Part shown: positions 49,174-58,689 of the stretch, piece by piece
How the letters are laid out: every line of letters begins with the position of its first letter
Numbering within the stretch: position 1 is the first letter of the stretch
Source: Dehalococcoidia bacterium
Lineage (GTDB): Bacteria > Chloroflexota > Dehalococcoidia > Lucifugimonadales > UBA3495
Assembly (NCBI GenBank): GCA_030740155.1
Contig: JASLXV010000032.1
Location: 32,001-96,000, forward strand
Reading direction: 5' to 3'
Length of the DNA: 64,000 nucleotides
The notes under the pieces: model-generated
What the model saw: only the letters and a program-made list of their open reading frames with translations
What the model was told of the DNA's origin: nothing
The model's database searches: none
Translations under genes and position numbers: made by a program

Positions 49174-49564
49174 CCGTCCTCACATTCAATCAATTGCCGA
49201 TTCTCACGGGATGTCCATCTCCCGGCCGAGCGCAAGAGCCCGGGGCCGCCTGCCACTGTCCAACGCTATCCGCGAATAGTGGTGGCGATTTACCAGCGGA
49301 ACACTCGGAGCACGGCGGGGTCCTCGCTGGGATTGGCCCCAGTCCCGTCCATCTGATGGGGTCCACCTCAGTCCCGGTTCGTCCGGCTCGGCTTCAAACC
49401 GTACATCCGGGAGGGTAGACCTGCGCCCGAATGACGTGCGCCGGGCCATCCGGGCGGCCAAGCTCGGCGACAGCCCGGAGGAGGTCGACCAGTTTGAGGG
49501 CGAGGTGCAAGAGATGACAGATGGCGATGACGGGTGTGGTGGTGGGAATCATCTCTAGGCAAAG

Positions 49565-50242
49565 CTAGCGCCTCTTGTTGATCATCAGCACCACTGGCTG
49601 ACCAGACTCTTGGGCGATCTCCCTGACTGCCGGGCGGCGCAACTCGGGTAACGCCTGCCGCACCACGTAGACCGCCGTCCTCATGAACACCACCGTGATC
49701 AGCAGGCCCACGGCCAGGTCTGGCCACATGGAGCCGGTGGCAAAGACAGCGGCGGCGGCCCCCAAGACTCCCAGGTTGGCTATGATGTCGTTGCGGGAAC
49801 ACAGCCAGGTAGAACGCATATTTAGGTCATCATTGCGGTGTCGCGTCAGCAGGAGCAAACAGGTGACATTGGCCGCCAAAGCCAGCGCTCCGGTAAGTCC
49901 CATCAACCGGAAATTTGGGACCTCTGGCGAGATGAGGTGATAGCCCGCCTGGGACAGCACCATCAAACCAAAACCCGCCATGATGACGCCTTTCATCAAG
50001 GCCGCGCCGGCCCGCCAGCGAGTGCTGCGGCCCACCACATACAGGCTGAACCCATAGACCAGGGCATCCCCCAGCATGTCCAGGGAGTCGGCCAGCAAGG
50101 CCGTGGAACCGGCCAGCAGCCCGAGAATCAGTTCCAGGCCAAACATGCCTCCGTTGATCCCCAGAACGATCCACAGAGTCCTGGATTGGCGGACCCGTAG
50201 CGCCTCCAGTTCACAAGCTTTGTCCTGACAGCAGCTATCCAT
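49565..50242 (-). CDS. Cation diffusion facilitator (CzcD-like) transporter, membrane domain only
   Basis: STALLADSLDMLGD, DLNMRSTWLCSRND, WPDL; N-terminal CC...C motif. Confidence 0.9.
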   Translation of the reverse strand: MDSCCQDKACELEALRVRQSRTLWIVLGINGGMFGLELILGLLAGSTALLADSLDMLGDALVYGFSLYVVGRSTRWRAGAALMKGVIMAGFGLMVLSQAGYHLISPEVPNFRLMGLTGALALAANVTCLLLLTRHRNDDLNMRSTWLCSRNDIIANLGVLGAAAAVFATGSMWPDLAVGLLITVVFMRTAVYVVRQALPELRRPAVREIAQESGQPVVLMINKRR

Positions 50243-50369
50243 CGGCTCCCGTCCCTTTACCGGCCTCCTGCGATCTTGAGATTCCCCAACAGCGGCGGCT
50301 CAATGCCTCAGCTTGTATTCCCCGAATCAACCTGATCAACCTGAACTTGCGCCCTCTTGGATGGCTCGG

Positions 50370-50398
50370 ACTATAGTACGGCGCACCGAGCGCGTCAA
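50370..50398 (-). promoter_or_regulatory. Sigma70 promoter, copy 2
   Basis: TTGACG-N17-TATAGT; 27 of 29 bases identical to copy 1. Confidence 0.7.
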
Positions 50399-51232
50399 CA
50401 GGCATCCGATTCGCCGAAGTGGCCGATTCTCCTGAGGTAGCTAGCTCCTGCCCCGCGCGAAGAATCCGGAATTGCTTGCCGCTGCCCAACACGACGGGCG
50501 AATGGAGTTGGCGAGAATCCTCATAATGCTCCGGCAGTCCTTCGCAAGTTATGCCCGAGGTCTCCGAGGACGAGCAAGCGGAACCCGTTCGATCCGGTGG
50601 TTCGATCCAAGATCATGAGGACCGGCGGTCGATGGGCAAGCGCCTCGCGTCCTGGCAGGTCGGCATCGGCAATCCAGTTGAAGTCCGGCGGTGCGGAAAC
50701 TCGAGCGGCTCCCGGTCAACGATCCTCTAATCGTGTTACCGAAACCCTTTACTTATTGCCGAGTGTCAAATGAAGATAACCGGAGGCGGCTCTACGCATT
50801 ACCGGAAACGAGGGTCCTATTCACTCGCGGCAAGTGGCCAAGAAAGACTGAAAAAGTACGAAGTTTGCCAAAGAAACCGGCAAGTCAGCCGCCCATCGCG
50901 GCGACGCTGGGACTTGACGACCGATGGGTCTTGGATTCAAAGTGATGCCGACACTCCCGCTCGCAATTCCGGCTAAGAGGGGCAAATGGGGGATTTGTTC
51001 CATGGACCAGCGTTAAGGGGGACATCGATGGCTGGCCGGGAGCCCGCGCCCCGGTTAGACTCGAAGAAGGGCCTGTAGCTTGGGAAATCAAAGGGATTCT
51101 TAACGGACGGTAACGCGCATGCCGAAGCGTCGGCGCCGGACCAAGCGGCCTAAGGGTTGAAGCAGCGGTAAGCACCTAGCTGGTGTCGCGACCACAAACC
51201 AAACACTTGTGAACCGGAAAGGGGGAAATACG

Positions 51233-52087
51233 ATGGCAACTCGGACCACCACAATTGACTCACAAGTACATGCTTTCGAACGGAATCGTCCCGAGCGTCC
51301 TTGGATCGGATTCTTAACGGGTCCGGATGAGGTCACCGGCGGCGACATGGTGGCGGCGATGGACGCGGTCGGCGTCGACGGGGCCGTGCTGGTTTCGCCA
51401 TTCAGTTTGTATCGCTACGATCCCAGCTACATACTCGAGGTATACGCGACACATCCGGGCCGCTTCGGCTTGATCAAACCATTCGATCCGCGGTCGAAAA
51501 CGGTCGCCGACGAAATTGCCGAGTGGGCGGGGACACCAGGGGTGGTCGGGGCCCGCATGATGCTCACGGCCCAGGAATTCGAAGCGGACGACCCGGGTCT
51601 CAATCGGATACTCGACGCCGTTGCCAAAGCCGGCATTCCGGTGAATGTCATGTGCTCGGGCAAACTGCCTCTCTTCCGTGAACTGGCACGCCGCCATCCG
51701 GACACCCGGATGGTGGTCGATCATGTGGGTCTGATCCAACCCTTCGAGCCACCGGTGCCGCCAGAACCGTTCGGCGATCTGGCCAATGTGCTCTCGCTGG
51801 CGGCATACGATAACGTGGCCATCAAGATATCCGGAGCCTGTACCCTGTCCCATCAGCCCTTCCCGTACCCGGACATCTGGGAGCCTCTGGGCAAGGTGTT
51901 CGACGCGTTCGGTCTCGACCGATGCATGTGGGGCACCGATTGGACCCGGGCGGTGGAGTTCTTGACCTACGAGCAGGGCGTTGAGGCGTTTCGGGTCACG
52001 GACCGGCTCTCGGAATCGGAGCGTTCCACGCTCATGGGCGGGACCCTCGCGAAGATTTACAACTGGTCGCCGGAGACGGGCGGGTAG
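51233..52087 (+). CDS. Amidohydrolase family protein (Amidohydro_2-like)
   Basis: IDSQVH, VVDHVG, NVAIKISG, RCMWGTDW. Confidence 0.9.
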   Translation: MATRTTTIDSQVHAFERNRPERPWIGFLTGPDEVTGGDMVAAMDAVGVDGAVLVSPFSLYRYDPSYILEVYATHPGRFGLIKPFDPRSKTVADEIAEWAGTPGVVGARMMLTAQEFEADDPGLNRILDAVAKAGIPVNVMCSGKLPLFRELARRHPDTRMVVDHVGLIQPFEPPVPPEPFGDLANVLSLAAYDNVAIKISGACTLSHQPFPYPDIWEPLGKVFDAFGLDRCMWGTDWTRAVEFLTYEQGVEAFRVTDRLSESERSTLMGGTLAKIYNWSPETGG

Positions 52088-52184
52088 TCTGGTATTCGAT
52101 GTCGCTCAGTTGATACCCTGTTTCGTGGGTCCAGACCGGATGGTCACGATATGCCGATCCCATTCGTCGCTACTGGAGGCAGTT

Positions 52185-52565
52185 ATGAATAAACGACAAT
52201 TGGCTGGGGTGATCGTCGCGCTGATGACACACTCTCGAACAGATCGAGGAATGAGATTGACCGAGTTTCGAACTCGGTGCATCCCTGCGGGCGAGATACA
52301 CGAACTCGTTACCACCGACCAGTCAGATGCGGTACTCGGAGACCGGATAGATCGCGTTGGCTACCTGGGTTTCGCGGAAATTGCCGTCGGGGGAGTTATG
52401 GAGGTTGGTGATCCGGTTCGTATTGCCGGCACTCAGATCGGCCGGTTGCTTGGATTTGATGATACGCACTACCCCAACCACTACAACGTACTTATTGCGA
52501 CAGACCGGCTTCTCACCGCGGAAGACATTCACTTGAAAGTAGAGAGCCCGATTACCTTCGGTTGA
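52185..52565 (+). CDS. Small conserved protein of unknown function (DUF6917-like)
   Basis: GGAGG RBS; RGMRL...RC..AGEIHEL, GFAE, GFDDTHYPNHYN. Confidence 0.7.
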   Translation: MNKRQLAGVIVALMTHSRTDRGMRLTEFRTRCIPAGEIHELVTTDQSDAVLGDRIDRVGYLGFAEIAVGGVMEVGDPVRIAGTQIGRLLGFDDTHYPNHYNVLIATDRLLTAEDIHLKVESPITFG

Positions 52566-52817
52566 GCTGCCTGCAAAACCAGCCGGCCGCGGAAAGCGGT
52601 GACGATTGGCCCGCGGCCATGATGGGTGCGAAGAGGGACTCCCGCTTGACTTGGTCCCCAACCCGGTCCAACCGATGGGGGCCATTTCAAGCTTCGGATA
52701 CAGTTAGCCGGTTTTCTGACACCGGTTCCAAGGTTGTCCGCCTTGCAAGCGGATGGCCCTGACCGGCAATTCCACCCGTTGTCTCAGCTTTCAGAGGCTT
52801 GGGAGCGTTGGTATCCA

Positions 52818-53408
52818 ATGAATGAGCCCGAGGTCACGATCATCCAACCCGGCTACTCCGAGCGGGTTGGCCCCTCTCAGCACCGCGCCGACGGCACCAT
52901 CACGCTTATCAAGGGTCCGACCAACATCATCGTGGATACCGGGGGACCGTGGGACAAACAGGCAATACTCGAAGCCCTGCGGCGGGAGAGCCTTCATGCC
53001 GCCGACATACAGTTAGTAGTCTGCACCCACGGGCACTCGGACCACACCGGCAACAACAACCTCTTCCCGAATGCAACGCTGATTCTGTCGTACGACGTGT
53101 GCAAGGACGGCCTGTACACGTTCCACGATTTCGCCCACGGCGACACCTACCCGGTGGATGAGCATACCGAGATCATCCCAACGCCCGGCCACACGACCCA
53201 GGATGTGAGCGTGATCGTCAGGACGAAGCAGGGGGTAATCGCCATCGTCGGGGACCTGTTCGAGTGTGCCGAAGACCTTCAGGATGAGAGCTTGTGGCGC
53301 TCGTTTAGTGAGATGCCCGAGACGCAAAGAGCCAACCGCGCCAGGGTCGCCGGTCTCGCCGACTTCATTGTGCCCGGGCATGGGGAGATGTTCCGGGTTC
53401 GAAGTTAG
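52818..53408 (+). CDS. Metallo-beta-lactamase-fold hydrolase
   Basis: VDTG, THGHSDHTG, TPGHT, VGDLF, IVPGHG. Confidence 0.92.
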   Translation: MNEPEVTIIQPGYSERVGPSQHRADGTITLIKGPTNIIVDTGGPWDKQAILEALRRESLHAADIQLVVCTHGHSDHTGNNNLFPNATLILSYDVCKDGLYTFHDFAHGDTYPVDEHTEIIPTPGHTTQDVSVIVRTKQGVIAIVGDLFECAEDLQDESLWRSFSEMPETQRANRARVAGLADFIVPGHGEMFRVRS

Positions 53409-53429
53409 TCTACCTTCGTGGGGGCCGCC

Positions 53430-53640
53430 GGCGCGCCCGCTAACCGCGGCTTGGCTTGCTCAGGACCAGGCCAGCACCAGCGTACCATCGTAGACCAAGA
53501 CGAAGCCATCCGCGTCGATCCTCAGTTTCCGCGGGTGTATTTCAACCGGGCCGACACCCGCATCCACCTGGGAGATCACGAACGGGCCATACAGGACTAC
53601 GACGAGACTGTCCGGCTCAATCCACAGTCCGACGCTTACA
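53430..53640 (+). pseudogene. Decayed TPR-repeat fragment
   Basis: ANRGLA...GQHQRTIVDQDEAIRVDPQ and YFNRA...LGDHERAIQDYDETVRLNPQ look like two TPR units; no convincing start or RBS; boundaries approximate. Confidence 0.6.
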
Positions 53641-53846
53641 CCGCCACGGGTCCTCCAATACAATCTGGGCCGGTCCCGGATTCAAGGCTCCGGCGCAAAG
53701 AGTCGGCGAAACCGGGGTTTGAAGGAGAAAGTAGTGCACATCGGGTTTGCGGAGGAGAACCTGGCCGCCAATATTCAGGCTTTTCGCAATCGGTCCAGGG
53801 TCAGTCCGGCCTTCTCAGAGCACCGGGGACGGATCGTAGGATCAGA

Positions 53847-55154
53847 ATGAGAAGCAGTTTTCTGTTTGCCGCGCTGGTGGCCGCCATGGCAGCAGCCTTG
53901 GCAGCCTGCGGCGTCTCGGCGACCCAGACCGCCATCCTGCCCACGTTGCCGCCGATCCAGTTGCAGGCTGCCCCGGCGGTGACCCAGGCGCCGGTTTCCA
54001 CTCTGGCGCCCATCTCGACCCCCACCCGGGAGCCGACCGCTACACCCAAACCAACCGCCACACCCGTGCCAACATCCACACCCAGACCAACGTCCACACC
54101 ATCGCCCACGAGGGTGGTTACGCCCGTGGAAAACCCAACCCCCACGGTCAACCGCGAGGGGTCATGGGCTACCCCAAATCTTGAGGTATCGGTGGTCCCC
54201 GCCGCGCTGAAAGTAGGTGAAACTGCGACCGTCACTGCCCGGGTAACTGGGCCGGGAGGCCTTCCCAATTACTACCTGAACTTGGACCCAAAATTCTTCA
54301 AGATCAAGACCGGCGACTCGTCTACGGAGTGGACCGTCGAGGCGGTTGCGATTGGGGCCACGTCGATTTCTGTGAGCATGACCTATGAAACCCAGGTCTG
54401 CCTCGACGGAAACTGTTTCTTCAATTTCACTGGTACCAGCTCTCCGTCCGTGACAGTCACCGTGTCAGCGGGGGAGAAGGTTACCGCTGGCGGCCCCGGC
54501 GAAAGGCCGAAAGATACTGCTGTCGTGGAGGAGTCGTGGCCCGCCCCGGTGCTCGAAATATCGGTGGTCCCCGCAACCTTGCGAATAGGAGAAACCGCGA
54601 CCGTTACGGTCAGGACGACCGGCCGCGGAGGCTTTGCCGAATACTACCTGGACTTGGACTCAACCTTTCTCAAAGCCAACTCTCCCAACCAGGTTCTCCA
54701 CAATACGTATGACGAAATTCCTCAATGGACCATCGAGGCGGTGAATATTGCGACCACATCTTTGTCGGTGAACCTGCACCACCGAACGAAAATATGCCTT
54801 GACGGGGATTGCTATTTCAATATCATCGATACCCGCTCGCCGTCCGTGGTAGTCAAGGTGGTGCCAGCTGAGTCCGCCACCTACACGCTGCAGACTTCTG
54901 TCGATCCATTTTTCTCGGGCGGCACGATCACCCAGGATCCGTTGCCGGCATCCGACGAAACCTACCTGGCCGGAACCGTGGTGACATTGACTGCCTCCCC
55001 GTCCGGCCATAAGGCCTGCAACAGCACGCCATACTGGAGCTTCGTGGGTTGGACCGGAGCCCTTCAGGGTTCCACGCCGGCGGTTGAAATCTCCATGGAT
55101 TCGAGCAAAACGGTGAGTGCGGTCTTCAGGGAATTCTTTCCGCCGAATTGTTAA
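53847..55154 (+). CDS. Putative surface lipoprotein with Pro/Thr linker, two repeated beta-rich domains and a C-terminal InlB B-repeat-like domain
   Basis: Signal peptide ending LAAC, PTATP repeats, two domains containing CLDGxC, then YTL...GTVVTLTA...FVGWTG...KTVSAVF. Confidence 0.75.
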   Translation: MRSSFLFAALVAAMAAALAACGVSATQTAILPTLPPIQLQAAPAVTQAPVSTLAPISTPTREPTATPKPTATPVPTSTPRPTSTPSPTRVVTPVENPTPTVNREGSWATPNLEVSVVPAALKVGETATVTARVTGPGGLPNYYLNLDPKFFKIKTGDSSTEWTVEAVAIGATSISVSMTYETQVCLDGNCFFNFTGTSSPSVTVTVSAGEKVTAGGPGERPKDTAVVEESWPAPVLEISVVPATLRIGETATVTVRTTGRGGFAEYYLDLDSTFLKANSPNQVLHNTYDEIPQWTIEAVNIATTSLSVNLHHRTKICLDGDCYFNIIDTRSPSVVVKVVPAESATYTLQTSVDPFFSGGTITQDPLPASDETYLAGTVVTLTASPSGHKACNSTPYWSFVGWTGALQGSTPAVEISMDSSKTVSAVFREFFPPNC

Positions 55155-55241
55155 TCGCGATCTTCTCGCCATCTCCGCGCTCTCCGCGGCAATTCGACGG
55201 GTTACCTGCATGACGCGGGTTGGGTTGCCCGCTAACGGTAG

Positions 55242-56453
55242 CTAGAGGGTGGCCACGCACCGGGCCGGGTCGGATTCCTCCAGTACCTGGGGACGGTGCC
55301 CGGTGTGGATGTAGTCGGCCACCAGCTTGCCCGCCATGGGGCCACGGCCAAAGCCCGAGGAGGCCAAGCCCCCCACGATATAAAGGTTGTCGATCTGGGG
55401 GACCTTACCGATTAAGGGCGTTCCATCCAGAGAAAAGGGCATCAGCCCGGCCCAGGTCTGCTCGATGGGAAGCCTTCGCAACATGGGGATCACTTCTCCG
55501 GCCTGCTCCCGGTTGACTTCGATTCCGGCGGCTTCCGGCACCCGCTTGAACCCGACCAGCTGCCTATCGCCACCGAAAATTACCTCGCCGCTCCTTGTTT
55601 GGCGTCCGTAAAGGTGTCTGGTCAGCCGGGTATCGGCCCCGTGGGTCAGGTCCGGGGGAGGCGCGCCGGCGTTCCCTTGGTCCCGCTGCTTGTGCTCGCC
55701 GTCCCAACAGAGGTCCGATTCGGTGGAGCTGATCGTATGGAACAGGCAGGGGGGTACGCTGGGCGTGGACCACATCTGACCCCGCACCGGGACTATCGGG
55801 ATGTGGAGGCCGAGCATGGCGCCCAGGGGCCCGCACCAGGCGCCCGCCGCCAGGACCAGGACTCCGGCTTGAAACTCCCGGCCCGACGCGGTTACACTCC
55901 AGCTTCTCGCCCCCAGACTCCGGAGGGCGGTTACCTCATGGCTGGTGAGAATGCGGGCGCCGCTCCTTTCGGCCAGGGAAGCAAAAGCCCGGGTCGCTTT
56001 CACCGGGTCCGCCTGCCCGCGATCCGGTGAGTACATGAAGCCCAGCAACGCCGGATTCGACTCGGGCTCCACCGCCAGGGCTTCCCTGGGGCTGAGCAGT
56101 TCAACCGTGCAACCCTGGGAACGGAGTCTCAGCACCTTGTCCCGGAGATACTCGTACTGCTCGTCGGTGTGAATGGCCTGCAGGCGCCCCGACTGCCGAA
56201 ACTCGATGGGGTAGCCCAGGTCTATCTGAATAGTCTTGAAAAGCTCGAAGCTTCCCATGGTCAGGAATGCTTGGAGGTCTGGGTAGTTGCCCCAACCGGC
56301 CCCGCCCAAGCCTCCGGCGTTGACCCCGGAAGCCTCGCAAGCGACCGCTCCCCGCTCCAGCAAGGTGACCTGGTGCCCCTGCTGGGCTAGGTAGTAGGCC
56401 GTGGAGGCGCCAGCGATACCGCCGCCTATGATCAGCACATCCGCTTCCGGCAT
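55242..56453 (-). CDS. FAD-dependent amine/amino-acid oxidoreductase (DAO family)
   Basis: DVLIIGGGIAG, ASGVNAG, VLAAGAW, PVRGQ, WAGLMPFSLDG.P.IG. Confidence 0.93.
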   Translation of the reverse strand: MPEADVLIIGGGIAGASTAYYLAQQGHQVTLLERGAVACEASGVNAGGLGGAGWGNYPDLQAFLTMGSFELFKTIQIDLGYPIEFRQSGRLQAIHTDEQYEYLRDKVLRLRSQGCTVELLSPREALAVEPESNPALLGFMYSPDRGQADPVKATRAFASLAERSGARILTSHEVTALRSLGARSWSVTASGREFQAGVLVLAAGAWCGPLGAMLGLHIPIVPVRGQMWSTPSVPPCLFHTISSTESDLCWDGEHKQRDQGNAGAPPPDLTHGADTRLTRHLYGRQTRSGEVIFGGDRQLVGFKRVPEAAGIEVNREQAGEVIPMLRRLPIEQTWAGLMPFSLDGTPLIGKVPQIDNLYIVGGLASSGFGRGPMAGKLVADYIHTGHRPQVLEESDPARCVATL

Positions 56454-56847
56454 GGACCCTCCTGCTGGGTTTGAATAAATATAAGGCCGCAAGCCTGCGT
56501 TGCACAACCCCATTTGAAGACAAAGAATGCCGGCGGTAGCGCCGGGAGCCTGAAGCATTGTACAGGTCTTCTGGGTGCTGGTTATGGCAAGGCGTCTGGT
56601 GCACCGCCGCCGGAAGCGATAGAATCTCTACCTACGTGGGGGGTGATGTGAGGCACCCAGCGGCCAGAGAGAGGATGAATCACCGGCTCTTTCAGACTCC
56701 CACCTGCTCGGGTGGGTGGGAAAAACCAGCGTTGGTTGGTAGACTGGGTAGTAATCGGATCCCGCTTGCCGCCCCTTGGCATGACTCGAAAGCCGTCCGC
56801 CGGCCGGCCTCTCCCGGAGACCGGCTCACGCACCATCCTGTCGTAAG

Positions 56848-57960
56848 GTGACCGCCATGACCCAGGAGCCAGGGCCCCGCCGAAAGCACCCGTACTTCAT
56901 GTATGACGCCATCCAGCGTCAGCCCGAGGCCATGGAAGAGATGTTGCGCATGCATGGCACTCGCGCCCAGGAGGTGGCGGCTGTGATCGCCGGGAAACGG
57001 CGCCTGTACCTGGTGGGCATCGGGACCTCCTGGAACGCGGCCCTGGTGGCCCAGCATTGGCTTCGCCGGTTCGTCGGGCGGTCGGTGGAAGTCGTGGCCT
57101 GGCACTCGTTCGAGTTCTGCTCTTATCCGCCGCCCTTGAACGACGAAGACGCCGTCATCGTCATCAGCCACCGGGGAGCGAAGACCTACTCCTTCCAGGC
57201 GTTGGAAATGGCCAAGGCCGGCGCCGCCTACACCGTCTCCATCACCTCTACCGACGCCGGGCCGCACATCCGGGTGGCCGACGCGGTGTTGCATACCGTG
57301 GAGCAGGAGCGCTCGGCCGACACCATAAGCTATACAGCGGCGTTGACGGTCCTGGCGCTGCTGGCCACTGCCCTGGGAAGCTGGAAGGATGGCGGTGAGG
57401 AGTTGCCGCTTCTCCGGGCCCAGCTCGAGGAATTGCCCCAGAAGATGACCCAGGTGCTGACCCGCCAGCGCGCCATGCAGCAGGCCGCACGGCGGTTCAG
57501 GAGCCGGAGCCGTTTTGTCTCCGTCGGCTGGGGGCCCAACACGGCCACCGCCTACGAGTCGGCGCTGAAGATGCAAGAGACCAGCGCCACCGACAGCGAG
57601 GGGATTCAGGTGGAGCAACTGCTGCACGGCCCGTTCTGCTCCGTTGACCAGAATTGCCTGGTTACCCTGATCGCGCCTCCGGGTCCCGGCTACGGGCGGG
57701 CCTTGAACATCGCCCGGGCCTCCCTGGAGGTGGGCGCACCCGTTTGGGCCTTGGTGCAGGACGGTGACGTGCTCCTATCCGATCTGGCCACCGAGTCCTG
57801 TAACCTGCCGTCAGTCCCCGAGTTCTGGAGCCCTCTGCTCTACGTGCTGCCCTTGCAGCTCTTCGCCTACAACCTGGCGCTGGTGAAGGGCACCCATCCC
57901 GACCTGTTCCAAGAGGACAACGCCAGGCAGGCCGCCGCTCGTCGGCACTACGAGCTGTAG
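56848..57960 (+). CDS. Double SIS-domain sugar-phosphate isomerase/deaminase (GlmS C-terminal-like, no glutaminase domain)
   Basis: GIGTSWNAA, ISHRG, ESALKMQE, EQLLHGP, LPLQLFAY..A..KG..PD. Confidence 0.88.
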   Translation: MTAMTQEPGPRRKHPYFMYDAIQRQPEAMEEMLRMHGTRAQEVAAVIAGKRRLYLVGIGTSWNAALVAQHWLRRFVGRSVEVVAWHSFEFCSYPPPLNDEDAVIVISHRGAKTYSFQALEMAKAGAAYTVSITSTDAGPHIRVADAVLHTVEQERSADTISYTAALTVLALLATALGSWKDGGEELPLLRAQLEELPQKMTQVLTRQRAMQQAARRFRSRSRFVSVGWGPNTATAYESALKMQETSATDSEGIQVEQLLHGPFCSVDQNCLVTLIAPPGPGYGRALNIARASLEVGAPVWALVQDGDVLLSDLATESCNLPSVPEFWSPLLYVLPLQLFAYNLALVKGTHPDLFQEDNARQAAARRHYEL

Positions 57961-58086
57961 GCCGAAACCCGGCCAACCAGCATTCAGCGGTGACCGGTCA
58001 GCCGGAATGGGCTCACCCGGATCCATGGCATTGAGATGATACCCGACGGTCGGCAGCTATCAGTTGCCGCAAAAGGAGTACCGAGA

Positions 58087-58464
58087 ATGGCGTCGACAGA
58101 AGAAGCCCAGACATTCCTCGACAAAACGGGACCGGGCCGGGGTTACATGCTGGAGATGCACCGGATCATGGCGGCAGCCGACCTGGAGTGGGCCCAGAAA
58201 TTCAATGCGTTCATCGAGACCACGTACACCGGCCAGCGGCTTCTGGACCGCAAGACCAAGGAACTGCTTCAGATCGTGGTGGAGGTAGCCTTGCGGGCCG
58301 ACGTGGAGCATATCCAGGCCCACATGAAAGTGGCGCTGCGGGAGGGAGCCACGCCCCGGGAAATCCTCGAAGCCATGGAGACGGTTGTCGCCCCCATGGG
58401 CGCCCTGGCCTTCCGCCGGGGTCTCCAGGCCTGGGCTGCGGAGACGGGCCTTCACGGGGAATAA
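58087..58464 (+). CDS. Carboxymuconolactone decarboxylase (AhpD-like) family protein
   Basis: LDRKTKEL, H...AL..GAT..EI.E; AAGGAG RBS. Confidence 0.85.
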   Translation: MASTEEAQTFLDKTGPGRGYMLEMHRIMAAADLEWAQKFNAFIETTYTGQRLLDRKTKELLQIVVEVALRADVEHIQAHMKVALREGATPREILEAMETVVAPMGALAFRRGLQAWAAETGLHGE

Positions 58465-58479
58465 CCGGAATAACGGCGG

Positions 58480-58688
58480 GTAGGGGCGCAATATATTGCG
58501 CCCCCACGAGTTTGATCCGGAGCGACCGATGCGTTGGGTGCCCACGGGTCCGTGGCAGGTGCGCGATGAATTGGTCTCCACCGGTGGGGAGCACGCGATT
58601 GATTGGTCCTCACCGGTGCGGGTAAGGGCGCAATATATTGCGCCCTTACGGGTCCAGGCAGGGTCGCCCGATACATTGCGCCCTTACA
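58480..58688. repeat. Cluster of GTAG-type REP palindromes
   Basis: GTAGGGGCGCAATATATTGCGCCCCCAC (58480), perfect GTAAGGGCGCAATATATTGCGCCCTTAC (58622) and degenerate units near 58551, 58584 and 58658; lies between convergent genes. Confidence 0.8.
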
Positions 58689-58689
58689 T

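Noticed and set aside
58480..58688. Palindrome cluster as a CRISPR
   Set aside because: Irregular spacing, very short linkers and REP-like GTAG/CTAC-type ends.
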